The translations under genes were made by a program, and so were the position numbers. 64,000 nucleotides of DNA. It comes from Mizuhopecten yessoensis. Taxonomy: Eukaryota. Positions 1 through 14,505 of the stretch are shown here, piece after piece. Within the stretch, counting starts at the first letter, position 1. Each line of letters starts with the position of its first letter. The stretch is taken from assembly GCF_002113885.1 (NCBI RefSeq), contig NW_018408532.1, forward strand, positions 668,685-732,684, given 5' to 3'. Below the pieces are notes generated by a model. The model did no database searches. It was not told the DNA's origin and saw nothing but the letters and a program-made list of their open reading frames with translations.

Positions 1-3000
1 ACATTGAAGTACAATAAGTAAGGGTGACCCAAGTGCCTTACCTGCCACCTTTCCAGCATTGGTCTATATACGGGTAGAAACTTCTACCCATCTCCTCCGT
101 TGGGAGCGCTGCTTTTTCCTATTTTATCACAGAACAAAACTGTGGCTACCAAACCGGATTCTAACATGGGAGATGTCTTACTTTTCATTGGTAAAATTAA
201 ACTCTTACGTCACATGTCTTAGATACAGTGCATAGAAACCAATAAACCAAAACATTGGTAAAATTGCCATTTCTTAACAACCTTTTAGGCGTCCGCTTGA
301 GGTTGATATGAATGTGAAGACCGTGCCCTTCATATTGTCTTCTTTGTAAAGCAGGTTTCCGTTTTGATTCTTCTGGAGTTATTTATACACATGAACAAGC
401 ACTTTTAAACGAGAAATGTGTCTCTCATTTTCCTTTCGGTACTTTAGATCCTCACAGAACAATCGTTCGTTTGAAGCTCGTGTAATCGCGACAATAAGTA
501 TTGGCTGAACCATTCACACCTAACACTATATAAACATCTCTCAGCCCAGTTATAATAAACCTTAGCATCAACTCGTTACTACAAAGTTCTTTTGTTAATG
601 GCATCTGTTTACTAGTGTCTTTTTTGCTTATTACTAACGGCCTCTGGTTCCCGGACCCTGGTTCCCGGGCCCTAGTTATTGGCTTCCGTTGATCAGTTCG
701 AGGTAGGGTTAACGAGGATTTGGCGGACGTGCAGCTTACCATGCATATTTCGCGATCGCGAATGTTTTTGACGTTAGGGTACATGCGCATAGCTGTCATG
801 ATGTCGTGGGAGTTAGATAGAACAGGCTAGACCTATCTCCCCGACCAAGAGTCGCGTTACACCTTTCAGTATGCGCCTATTCAGTGGGCTGCATCAGAAA
901 GAGCGTTGCTGTCTAGTTGGAGGCGATCTCGTGCAACCCTGAACAGTTTTTATTGTTTTAAAGGGAACACACTAACACTTTCAAAGATTGATAGCTCTTT
1001 TTTCTATCAGTTTTTTCGTTTGTACTTTGTAAATCTGCACACACGCACCGTTGTTAATGCAGACATTTAAAAATTGGGCGTTCACATGCAAGAAGGCGTA
1101 ACACGTCCAGTTCTTTGAAAACATTGACTCTACAAGTACACACTACATATGGTGTTTGGGAATACGTGATGTTTTGATACGTCACTTTATAGTACACAAC
1201 ACATCAGTTCACAAATAGTACGCCGGCTTTGATTATTCCGACAATGAAACGACCATCGGGTTTTAGTTATGCATATACATAAATATTCAAAGTTTTGATA
1301 GTAACGTTTAGAAAAGTATTCAGTTTTTTTTGTATATGTTAGCTATGTTACGAACTCAGATTTTAAATAAAGTTATTGACATTAACATATGTATATACCT
1401 AAAAATATTTTCCAATAAAAATGTTAATATTTAACTAACGGACAAAACTGTTACAGATCCCGTAGATAAACTCTCATCAGCTGTTTTGTTCATTACAATC
1501 CATTTTCATGTATATATTAATATTAATAACGTGACTTTAAACGTACTTTGCTCGGTATGGACCGTTACACGTGTCGTCACTCGGTACATTTACTTCTTGT
1601 GCGTCTGGCTTTGTTAAAGACCGTCAGTGTCTGCAACAGTCGTGGAATTAATGAACTCGTAGAGCTCTCGCACTTTAAACATACACAAATATTAGTGTAT
1701 AACTTTCTGTACGGAATACCTTAATTATAACTTTTCCAGACATTGTATGTAGACAGGGCAATATACGGTTTCGGAAAGATGGCTTGCCACCCTGTTCAGT
1801 ATTTCTTGCTTCTTTTCGAAAACCAAACCAAATTCCCAGTTGGCATATAAAAAGAAAAAGACAACTTTTGAAAAATAGGGCCAACCAGAGCAATAATTCT
1901 TTCCATTGCCAAAGGGAGCAATTGAAAACGTGGCTATCCAAAACTCTACCCTAGAGAATTTACGAATTAGAACTAACATCTGTATTACGATCGGTAACAT
2001 TTTAAGTACGGTTAACTAAACCAACCACCTGTACCACTGTCACAACAAACACTTGGAAAAGCAGACTACCTTCGCTATAGTCCCAATGACATGTATACAG
2101 CTATCACCAACAACTATATTTCCTATTTGTCGGGAGCAGGTTTTCAAAATTCTATGAAACTTTCAAAACTGCCTTCTGAATAGAGGTATAAGAAACAACT
2201 AACGTTACCAGTGCTGCAGAATAGAGATATCCGAATTAACGCTGCTTCCCATTGCCAGCAGCAATTCTCATAAGCTTTGATGGGACTTCTATGTCTTTAT
2301 AGAAGCTAATGACATCTATCATGGTAGGAAAGAGGAACGTAGAAGAGTTCGACATATTAGGAGATATGAGTGTATATTTATACAATTTTCTTCTTGGACA
2401 CTTGTACATGTAGACATGCCTGTACAGCAGATTATATTAACTGGGCGTTTTATAGTGTTGAATTTTTTGTACAAGGAATTTAATGGTCTACTGACTGTAA
2501 ATGTCGGCAATAAAAATGTTTTTAACATATATTAGACAGTGAAATATTATAATAGAGAGACGATTTTTGTCTGTTTCCTATATGATGTTTTGTATATATA
2601 CTACTTAACTTTAAATAGCATTTAAGTTATGTAGTAGAGTTGTATGAGGATCATGATGGGGTCTCGCTCTCGGTCGTTTATAAGTGACACAGCGCTGTTT
2701 AATACCATCCATATCATAGGGATATATTAATGGAAGGGAATGTCGACATGCTCCTCCTTGACAATTAATTATGCAAACGCAAATCAGTCAATCAGAAAAT
2801 GGATTTTATCTTTTATTGCATTATTTGAACATTTTATGTTACATTCCGACGTAGAATGACCTATTTTCAATGTATGATTTTTTGTTTTTTTCAATAGTGA
2901 TATTACAATTACCGTCCGTGTGTCTGTTACATCTGAGTCTAGCCTAACGCTGTGTACACGCTCCGATGACGGAAACCACCTTTCATTTCCAAGATAGCGA

Positions 3001-6000
3001 CCTAATAAATCAAATTTCCCCAATCACTGATCAGAATGGTGTTGTTATCGATAACAGGTAGCAGTATCGATCTCCCGACCACTCTGTCTATTTCCGGTGC
3101 TCTGACACTCTCTGTAATGAGCACGTTTTTTCTGTCACTTTGTATGTAGTATTGAATTTACGAGACATGAAGAAACGCAAACATTATGCTTTACCGGATG
3201 TATAATGTAGATACATACTTTTGCTTTAAGCTGCTATTACATAAGTATTATATATATTTTTGGAATTTCCGTAATTAGTATTTCAATAGCTCTTTCATGC
3301 GATCCATACTCGGAACCCCATGTTGTGGTTAATTATCCATGAAGCCGATAACCGGTCTTTATCTCTGCCTGTATAACTACGAAGTTGACCGAGACGTGAT
3401 GGGGTTGTATTCGGACCATATTATCAATGTCTGCGCAATGGAACAACCTATAAAGCTCACGTGCATTAGAGATTGGTCCTGGAAATAATTGCGATATACA
3501 GGGATGACAGAAGAAAGTTCCATTTTAAGCCACTGTTGTATACTTTATTTATCAATCTATAGGAAGAACTATATAATTCCGATACAACGTAAATAATAGA
3601 AAATGTCAATGTGACTTGTTCGACACAGGCTGACGATATTGTAATTATATTACATACATAGCTGTAAATGGAGATTTAATTACAACGCCTCAAAAACATG
3701 TGTTGTAGTTTTTAATTAATCAAAAACATGTTATGCCAGATTTTCACGTAACTGGCGCTTTGGTGATGAAGCTGTGAATGGATCTGAACATATCTTACAT
3801 GTTGGAATATTCTTAGATAATTCAAATTTGGTTGTCCAGATAATAGAAATGTTCTGCAGAAGCTAAGAAGCTCCTGATTAAATAGGGAAGACGACATCCC
3901 TCTGGTTGTTCTGAAGCTGTTTCGGTCTGTAACTCTTCCGTGCAGCTTATTTGGCTCGGAATTATGGTTTTCATGAAATATGAAGGATTGGTCACGTCTT
4001 GAAATAATCCAACATTTTGGTAGAAAATCCATTCAGTGCTTTACCTCGAGGACACTAACTAGGTTAACTGTCTATAGAGAGTTATTGTGAAAAAGCGATA
4101 GAACGTATTCGTATTCAATCGCAACTTCTATTTCCACATCATAGGATTTATGAAACATCCCAGCAAACACAAGCAGACTCCAGTATTATGTATATTGTCG
4201 TTAACTCTATTCACAAAGTTTGCCGAATATGCTAGAAACGTGAACAAGTCATAAAAAGTCATTTTAGGAACGAATATTTGTCATATTAACATATACCATT
4301 ACTGTCAACCTATATTTAAAAATTGTGTACATCGACTTGTTCTTAGTATCAATATTCTGAAACATTTTTTTTTTTAAATCTATTAGATTTCTTTGGTTAG
4401 TTTTTATACCCAAAGGGTACAAATACGCGCTCTCTACGCCCCGTCCTATGGCATTTATCAGCGCCAGGATATTCCATCTGACAGGCGAAGGTAACGGATA
4501 TGGCGGAGCTGTCAGAACGGACCTGCCCCGATTCTTGTCGCTAGATCGTATCGTCCCGATTTATCATACAACCACTTAAACCCCGGCAGATAGAATGGAG
4601 GGACCTAGATACCTGGTTTTTTGGCAATTCCTCGTCTCCAAAACAGCCGCCACATCGCCCGATCTACTAGGGAGTTAGCATTGCTCATCTCAGGCTTGAA
4701 TGATAAAGTCTGGAATCTTGTTAACGATTCTTGACAATGCTTCCTCTGAACAAGACATCAACATATAATACATAATATGAAAAAAAAAGTTGGAAGTCCC
4801 GTCGCGATGGAAATGGAATGTTGCAAGTTGGAAAGTTGTACTGGTACAGGAGAGTCGCAGTAATTCGGAGACCAATATATTCTGTGACTGTGTTGAGTTT
4901 TTCAGGAATGATTTTTTTATGAATACAAGTACTAGAGTGAAATGTTCTACCCTATCAGAACTCTAGGTTTCTATAGCAGGTGCAATGCAGAATTTCATTT
5001 CATTTTGGTGTCTCTTCTGTTCCAGTGGCTTGTTTTGTCACAGTTATTGTTTGGCGGTACATAACAGCATTACATTAGTGCCTCTTCGTCCCTGTGGCTG
5101 TCTGTCTGTACCGTCTACTATTTGTGGTATTCCTACTTTCAAATTCCAAAAAAGATTGAAATGATGATACATATAATGCATGCAATACTATAGCCCTGTG
5201 ATTTCTGTTGAATGTCAGCTGAATCCAAACATAATTGGATCCAAGCAACTGTTAACAATAACCTTGTAGCTGGAATTTAATTGAGCACGATTTTCAGAAA
5301 ATCCTAATATTCAATTACGTGTTGTAGCCAGTTATAAAGGGTTGTTCAGGCATCTACTCCTTTTTGTTGCATTTTCATATATATTATAACGGAACACTTT
5401 TGACATGAATTTTCATGTTTTTAATTTAAATTCCATAAAACGGGCCTAAATGAACGAAATGACCAAATGGTTCAGTGTAGGTATGTCATTCCGTACTTTG
5501 TATTGGTTAATTATTGTACAAAATAGATATACGTTTCATAATCACACAAAAAAGACAATCAGAACTTTGATATAAACGTTTACTGTATAATATAGTAAAG
5601 GATAATAAACACCTGAATTAAAGTGATGTCCCTGGTACAAAGTAAATTGAGAGAAATGAAACTTATCGTCAGGTGTCCGTGTCTAGGATTAGTTCTTGAT
5701 TATGTATTGGCTTACACTTTCAACACTAACAAATCTGTTAAAATGATAAGACAATGAACTTATTGGAACTGGTAATGTTTATCTGTGTTGACTCCACACG
5801 AACTTCAACTGAAAGCGAGTGACAGGAACATATCAGGCTATCTGCAATGATGTGGTAACCCTAGAACATTTTTGTTCAGGGAAAGGTATCGAAGTGCACC
5901 CTACTGTATCCGCAATCCCTCATTGGGGGAGGATTCACCCTTTGCGTAAGGTACTATCGATTTCTTCTCAATGGAAATTATATTAAATAATTGTCTGTTT

Positions 6001-6160
6001 CCGTATAGAAAGCAAACATAATAACATTTGTATAAGTTATTTGGTTTTCATATCCAGTAAAGCCGAAACAGTAGAAATATTGATTTATGAGAGCCGAAAA
6101 TGTGAACAGAGTATTAAGAATACCCCAAATGAATAAACAAGATGACATGACCGATTTTAA

Positions 6161-6898
6161 AGCCTCAGTCACACATTCAGGATTTTTACTGGCGTCCTTG
6201 AAAGGACCGCTTCCGATAAAAAATTGTCAAAAGTCGGATCAAGATCCTGTGATTCGTGGCGAGAATTCACAAATTTGTGAAAACATTTATTTAATCACGA
6301 CAACAATCAGATTTTGTTCAGGAAGCGTCCCGATTCAGCCGTTTCCAGCCGAATTTGTGACGATTCTCCCATTCTCAATCCGAATCTGATCCGATTTATA
6401 TCTTCTGCATGGTAAACAACGACCGAATCTGTCCCGACAGCGTCCCGACAGCGTCCCGATTCTCCCGAACGCGATCCGACAGAGATCAGACAAAAACCGG
6501 ACAGTAAACCGACGCATTCGGCATGATCTGGACGCAATCTAGACTTAATCGGCTAGAAATGGCAAATAAAAATTTCTCCAAATCTTGCCCGTTCATCACG
6601 ACAGCCGATTTTGTCAGGTCGGATTACAATCGTGACAATATCCTGTGTTGTTTGGACGGTGTCTCGACGGTGTTGTACAGATGTTGACGCTGTCGTGATG
6701 AACGGGCAAGATTTGGAGAAATTTTTCATTTACCGGACGCACCTAACTGTCGGGAGTGCTTGGCCGACCTCTCCGGACCATTCCCGATCCGTAGGACTCT
6801 ATTACGAACGTATACGACTGCGTTCAGACAATGAATTCGTTTCGTAGCGCTGTCTGATCTCAAACGGGAGCCATGATCGGCACTGTGTGAACGCCGCA
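6161..6898. mobile_element. MITE-like non-autonomous DNA element (possibly PIF/Harbinger-type) with internal inverted repeat
   Basis: Imperfect terminal inverted repeats (AGCCTCAGTCACACA at 6161 vs TGTGTGAACGCCGCA ending 6898, 10/15 match). Flanked by TAA and TTA. GC-richer than the flanks, with repeated (G/T)CCCGA(T/C) motifs and a perfect 38-bp internal inverted repeat (6568-6605 / 6689-6726). Confidence 0.55.
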
Positions 6899-9800
6899 TT
6901 ATGTTTAACGTGATACTCATGTTGTCTGGGTTTCCCTCTATTGACTTGTGCTCTTGCTGCCCCCAGCACCAAACCCTTAACCAGTTGACTGACGTTTAAC
7001 CCCAAAATAAATAGTACTTAACATTCATGACAAGTCGTTGACGAAAGGCTTTGTTTTGACAATCTTAAATAAAGCATTTGTATTTATAGAAAGCTCCTTA
7101 TGCTCTTCTTTGGGAAATCCCAATTTTTGGCATACCGACTGGCTGTGTTTTACTTTATAATGTGTTATCAAGAAGTTTTGAGTTTTTACATATATGTAAT
7201 ATTCCTGTTAGAGATTCACCCGTAAGTAAAAGTAAAATCATCACACGATATCTACATATAACGCTAATCAGTGCTATATATACCTATCGCATACTAATTG
7301 CAGTAATATTGTGGCGAGATTAGTATCATCACAATTTCCGTAACCAGTTCTTCTGTAAAATTCAATGATTTAATGTCATAATAAGTATTGAGCTGTATTT
7401 TATTTGCGTTTAGGTGAAATATGAGTTTTAAGACTACATAAATATCCTATGTATAAAAAAAAAAACACTTGTAGCCTTAACAATGATTACTGCATACTAG
7501 TATGTAGGTCATTAGACATAATTAAGTTACCTGGTACCTTTCTGTACCTGTATGGTCTCACTGTGACCTATCCGTTGTATGGAACGGGAATTACCTACAT
7601 TAGTGTCCAACTTGTTAGTAGTGCTGGATAGTCTTGTCAATTATCTATCAAGAATATATCTTATTGCTCATTGCTGTTACTCTATTGAAACTTTAAACGA
7701 TGTTTATGACCATCAGACGCTCCCTGCGAACGTCGGCTTTTTAATGATAAATTAAGGTAACTGTTTTGTACCGACTTGTGCAATAACTCTTACATGAACT
7801 CGTTTATCGGGCTCACGAGTAACATGTGGCGAGTAATTGCAGGACCTATATAGCGAAGTAAAAATGTTCACATATGTTATTTTATCACTTAAGCGTAGCA
7901 ATATCATTTTAATTTAGATGAGTTTAAACTATATGCAAATGTTCTAAAAAAAAATAATCATTGAATGTAATGCTAAAATGTATGACATCAATCATATACA
8001 TATTAAAATACGAACATTTCACATTAGTTAAAGATTAAAATTGTACGATTCCGTCTCGGCAAACAATGTTATGATATAAAAAAAAAATGCCTTGGTGTTT
8101 AATTCCTTACATGGTTGGGCGTTTTACTAGGTGACAGAAGGCGTTGTGTGTCTTTTGCCTTTAACTTGTTTAGCGGCGTCTGGGACGCATGCATTCTTTG
8201 GGCATACAGCATTATCAACTAATGTGAGAGAATCGTGATTGTGTAAGTGGGGATCTGCTGTGACCTGCTTCGCCACAGGGGAGATAGATCTACGCAACTT
8301 TATACCACATTTTGTTACATGTCTTCAAAAATTGTCGGTTGCGTACTTGCCGGAGGTCGTTTCAGCTGACACGTAGCCTATCTTTAATGCAAAGGAAAAT
8401 CCTGTATTGTAATACTTTCTTCGTCTTAATTTGGTTTACACCGTAAGTATATAGTTTGTAGACGGGTGATATCAGTAATCGACTTTAATAAGGAGAACAA
8501 AAACAGACAAAGTCGTATCTATAAAATGGTATTTACCGTCTGGTAAAACCAAGATATCACTTTGTTGGCTGCCATCATCAAACGCAGACGTTGCTGGTGC
8601 TACTCATAAAAGGAGAAACATCATAATACCATTTATGAATGACGAATATCCCCGTAAAACGGCGAACGACACGCGCACCGTGGTATCAGTTAGGTGGTGT
8701 ATAGGTTTTTACCTTGTAGTGTAATAAAGTCTGGAATTATCTGCTCGTAAGGTTTATATCAGACTGTTGGGGACGGATAGGTACGAAACATGTAACAATT
8801 ACAAGTACACGCGGCACTTACAGCTGCATGAAAGTATGCCTGAGATGTCCTATTACAAGTACATGTATAGGAAAATTGGTTACCCCGGTAACAGATCCGG
8901 TTACATTAGTGTGTTCCTCTGATATTTTATTATCATATACTATAGCTGCTAAAAAAAACTAATGCACCCTGTAGCTATGAGAAGCCAGTTCCATTCGCAA
9001 CAAGTTTAGCTTATATCTTTAGCAAAAAAAAAATTACGGTAGAATCGTGTGTGAAGCTATATTACATTACTTATGTCAAAATTAATTACAGAACAAGTAT
9101 TAAGCATGCATATTGTTGTTATTGATGTCATATATTTAAAATCGGCGTTACAGAAATTTACATTTTAATTGATTCCTCACCCATTTGTGTTTCTGCTTCG
9201 GTAAATATGTATTTATATATGGACCAACTATTACATCTAACCTTGGTATTGTGTCATTGTGTATTTAGATGTAATTTACGTTCTGTGTGGGGGAGGATAC
9301 GATGGCAGTCAAGATAAACAAGTTTGTTAGAAGGTTAACGTTACATTATAATGGAACATAATTGGGGACAAGATAGATATGGACGATCAATTATTGCTAC
9401 ATTTCCACTCGGGAGTAAACACGCCTTAATTTCTATGCACTGTTAGTAAACATTTGAGAGACCTAGCTGTTAATATCGGTAACACTGAGGAAATATATCA
9501 ATGAGTGATCTGAAAACATTGAGTGTGTTTATTAAATCATGAAAAGTGTTTCTTAATTAATGAATGTTAAGCTTGAGCGAGTGTTTGTACAAACATAGTT
9601 AACTGCATTCAGCTTCGATTTAGCGTTGTAATATTTGCGTGAAAAATAGTTCGCATGTAGTGTTAATTAAATACAAATGAATATTCGTTGTCTTTTTTTT
9701 TATAGTTTTTTTTGTCATATTTAAATATAACACTGCTGTGAAAACATTTCTGTATATAGTAATAATGTATGCCTTAATCGTGCAGCAAAAATAATTCATT

Positions 9801-11640
9801 TATACAACCTGTCCAGTAAGTCATACAGGAAAAACTTATATCGTAACAAATATAACCAATCACCAAGGAGTATTTTCAATCGGATGTTGCAGCAAAGACA
9901 AGTACAGTTTTCGTACACTAGGAGAGTTCTGTAACATTGCACGATATTTTGCCAGAATACGGCGTTTAGGTTTTCTGCTTAGATTCCTCGTTCACAGAGA
10001 ACATTGAAGTTTCGACTCGCTTCTAACACCACAAGTTTCGACTCGTGTCTAACACCACACATCTCTCTACGAGGTGTACGTCTATACCAAACAATAGGTA
10101 CTTTTCGTACTACCGCTATACCTTGAAATATCTTACGGATACCATTAGTTAGAGCGCCAAATTAATTATGGAGCTATTTGACCAAAAATGCATATTTGAT
10201 CTTTAATAAGAACATGCTTTCCTTGCTAATAAACAGTTTACAGTATTATTCATCTTCATCTTATTTAGACATTAAAGAAAAACGGTGGTACGTCGCTGCA
10301 GAAAGTCATCAAATATTATATTACTTTGCTCTACGGCAGTTTCGTCCAATCAGAACTAATAGTGGTAATAAAGGCCAAAAGTATGACACCCAAACATAAA
10401 GTATTCCGAATCATAAGTTTCAATACAGTTTAAGGGGAAACGTGCTTAAAAACCCATTATAAAGTTACAAGTAGCAAATTCATAACTCTTGTATAGAGCA
10501 CATACTTCACTCTTAACTAATATTTCATGTAAATCGTGTTTGAACAAATTCCAGCTTCACCGTTTCGGCCAACCTCTGTGGCTGATAGTCACGACTTCGG
10601 ATATAGAGGAAGATAAATTTAAAAAAAATCTTATAGGTACTCTAAATTTCCTTCTACATGTAAAAAAAACACCTAGATTCCCAAGAGAAATTGTGTTCTG
10701 AAATCAAAGCACATCTAAAATCCGAAATTGGAAATGATAAATGGAGCACAGCTTATCAATGGTTCCCGTCTACGATGTGAACTTAAATAGTTTTCATAGC
10801 CAGTGGTAATATGTACCCGCTATCGGTGATGATGTGGGCGGATGTGGGCTTCACAGATGGGCCACATTCATTGTACAGTCCAGCACAAATTTGCATGCAT
10901 TTTCTCATACAATTCTCCAAAGCTCTTGATAAACGTGTCGCTGGAGGGTCGTTAACGGTCGCGTTATCAGTGAAATATTTATTCAGATGCTAGGAGTATC
11001 GTGAATCGTATAAGTATTTTAACACATTTAAATGACGTTTGGTGCATTCTTTTCTCGAGTGCGTATTTTCAAAATCTCATTAGTGCAAAAGTAATAGAAA
11101 ATATGTAAAACACGCTTTGACAGAATGTTGGTCCCAAGTGTGTGCATGTATTCAGAGTTCACCGTACTGTAATTGTGATAGGGTCTGTCTGATATACGTG
11201 GACGCACCATTCATCATAGTGACCAGATTTGTCTATATTTTCAATAAATACTGCTTTAATTCGTATTTCTAGTAGATAGTTTACGCAACTAGATCATTGA
11301 CTCTGCTTGAATACTGCCAGTCCCGGAAATTGGCCAATTACTTGTGACTGGAATTTATCCCGACACGAAATACTGTTAATACTGGTTTAAGTATACATTT
11401 TCTGCTGAAGTCTAGAGCTGTAACGTTACAAAGGGTTTGATAGGCAACTTTCCCCTTTTCGCTGTATTCTACATATGTTTCGGAACATTTTAGACATGTT
11501 TGCCCCAATACTTTTGACCTTAGATACAGTGTACCACTGATGGGTCAAACGGACCAAGTAATAATTTTCTATAGTATGTAATTCTGTCATTTAACAAACA
11601 AAACCTGTTTCAGAGGACATATCTGTAGAAGATGGGTTTT

Positions 11641-12417
11641 TAGTTTGTTTGTGGTTTAACATCCTTGTAACAGCCAGGGTCACATGAGGGAGGGTGCCTA
11701 GGGAGTCACAACAGCCAGGGTCATATGAGGGAGGGCACCCATGGAGTCACAACAGCCATGGTCACATGAGGAAGGGCGCCTATGGAGACACAACAGCCAG
11801 GATCACATGAGGATGGGCGCCTAGGGAGACACAACAGTCAGGGTCACATGATGGAGGGCGCCTATGGAGACACAACAGCCAGGGTCACATGAGGGAGGGC
11901 GCCAAGGGAGACGCAACAGCCAGGGTCACATGAGGGAGGGCGCCAAGGGAGACACAACAGCCAGGGTCACATGAGGAAGGGCGCATATGGAGTCATAACA
12001 GCCAGGGTCATATGAAGAAGGGCGCCTATGGAGTCATAACAGCCAGGGTCAAATGAGGAAGGGTGCCTATGAGTCACCGCCTGAAACAGGCAGTTGATAG
12101 TAAAGAAAGAAGACATGAAAGATAGGAAAGGAAAAAGTTTTGCGATGGAGGCATCAGATCAAGTTTAGTTTCATCCATGTCCTCTCCGTAGAAGACACAG
12201 AAGATACCCCCCGATTCTTCAGGGATCCCACGTTAGTCGCCTTAACGATACACATGCAGTGTTATACAGCAGGTCTATGCTTGGTTTTGTCACTGTCCTA
12301 TAACAGAGGACAAGGTAGAAACCATACCAAACTCTGCAGGAAGCCCCGTACTAGTCGCCTCTTACGATCATACAATGGGAAAGAGCAGGCCTATTATTTC
12401 CCCGAACCTGCACGAGT
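11641..12417 (-). mobile_element. SINE-like retroelement (minus strand) with internal minisatellite
   Basis: Begins with the reverse complement of the SINE 3' tail (GTTTGTTTGTGGTTTAACATCCTTGTAACAGCCAGGGTCA), which is related to the tails at 24351-24409, 35125-35183 and 49819-49885. Its other end carries TAGTCGCCTCTTACGA (12352-12367), a motif I recall from invertebrate retroelement 5' regions. Confidence 0.55.
11669..12078. repeat. 41-bp minisatellite, about 10 copies
   Basis: Unit approx. ACAGCCAGGGTCACATGAGGGAGGGCGCCTATGGAGACACA; CAGCC recurs at 11671, 11712 and 11753 (period 41). Confidence 0.95.
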
Positions 12418-14505
12418 TAGAAGAACGAACTCTACAAACGAGGTTCAAACTAATCCTTCTACTTAAATGCATGTTCTAAGTGAGGGGTGCGCACGCTGAT
12501 GCTTTTTTCTGATCTAAGTGACAGTGGATGGTGTGAGAGTTATTTTTAAGAGTGATATACAAATATGGTGATAAAGAACAGCGAACAACTCAACGTTATA
12601 CGTACAGTAATAACTGTATAAAAGCTGCAAATAGTGTTGATGTCGTCATTAAATGCTAGTGGTTGCAAGTTAAGATAAGTCACAGTACAATTCGCGCAAT
12701 GTCAGTGCAGAATTGTGCCGAAGAATGTTTCGACGCCGTATCTGTGTGGTAATACCACAGAAAACAAGTAAAAGTGTTACCAACCCTTTTAGATTGAGAG
12801 GGGATATAACCATGATTTTCTATAAAGATACATGAAGAATGTTTTGTATCCTCTCCGCCAATCTCATATCACATTTCTAACATTGGCTTAATAAATGTCT
12901 AAACTGGTTCCTAGATAATATCAGACATCTTTGGCGCTAACACGTGCAACACTGAAGTACAGGGCATGCGGCCTGTAGCTCCAGCTCGTGGCTCATTGAT
13001 GGGTGGGGTCGCAACTTTTCCTATTCTGCAAACTTTACTTTTGATTTATATATATGTCATATAGATGCATTCAAGGAATGCTTTTATAAATAAAAAGACA
13101 CATTCTATTCCGAATGACATTGACCTTTCTGCCAAATTCCAGCGACCATCCATCATAATGCACGCATGCCTTAGCATGAATCACTTGAAAGATATACGAT
13201 TATTATGAATGCATTGATGTAAAGTCGCTCTCTCCCTTTCCTTTCCTAAAATAAAACTGCAAAAATGATCGCATCCGTTTCCACCACACACACCGTAGAA
13301 ATAACCATATCACGCAAATTAAGTTAATTTTTGCTCAGTAAATAAAGGTAGGGGATAATTGAAAGTGGACTGATCCATTTGCCCCAGCAATGCCTTCCTG
13401 GTTGCGGTGGGTGTTACCCGATGGCCGCCGTGCCAACCTTCACGAACTGGGAGTGATTATTATACTTCAAATACTAACCCAGGTCTGCATCAGTAGGTAT
13501 CATACCTTTATACTTGCTCAACGTAAAGCGATTAAAAAAACGGTTCTTTAGTTCTTTATAATAGGCCGATTTTGATCTTATTATCCTCAGAACATGAAGA
13601 TCAATCTTCTATCGAACACACGTGTGTTGCACGCCAACTTAAAAAAACGGTCACGTGAAGCAACTTGCACATTGTTTAACAGTGAATTATGCACATGGTT
13701 ACGCCCCAAGTCAAACGTGGTCTACATTATGGGCCTTGAATACTTATCCCTCGTTAAAATTTTCTGTTCAAGTGTCTTAGGCCGCCTTGCAGTTTGGCAA
13801 TAACACAGAACTTTTAACGGTACAAGTAATGCATGACCTTCGTATGTCAAATATGTTTTAAATTCAATGTATATGTTATAGTGCTTTACGGGTCTGCAAA
13901 ATCTTGCATAATTTTTCTTCTTTGTCTTCTGTGTAGAACTTTGATATTTAATCCAAGCTAAGTAGCATGTAACTGCTTTCCACTCGAGGCTGTGTGGATG
14001 TTACGGATTTGATGCTGTGTCAGTAGTGTTGTACCTATATCTGTCTCATTATTTATTTAGCTAAACTGTTACTTTTAAACGACTTAGTGTAAACATCAAT
14101 ACGCGAACCATTAACAATTTAAAATAGAAGCATTAAACAGCTAAATATAAATCCGACATGATATAATTGTCCATGTTTTTCCATAAATGAAACATTATCC
14201 TTTACAATTACTAAAATTATCATGGCATTTTACACCACAAATAAGGGTCTAAATGATTATTGAGTTAACCTTTGCTGCATCGCTACTCCAGAGCCTATTC
14301 TTTGTTTTTTCTCTCTATTTTATGGGTAGATGTAATATGTTGACCGTTAAACTTCTCATCCGGATTTATTTTGAGTGGCTTCCACTTACTGCCGCCATTT
14401 CAGACGCTTATATTTCAGAGTCTGTCCTGGTTGAGGAATTATACATGCGTCATTTATTGCTGATGACCTACATAATTTCCTGCTTTTGACGTTAGGCATT
14501 CTAAA

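Noticed and set aside
200-799. Minus-strand ORF 452-799 and downstream frames with faint SGNH-esterase-like words (VLGVNG, GHGLHI)
   Set aside because: The motifs are non-canonical and split across frames. It could be a decayed retroelement ORF but cannot be supported without a profile search.
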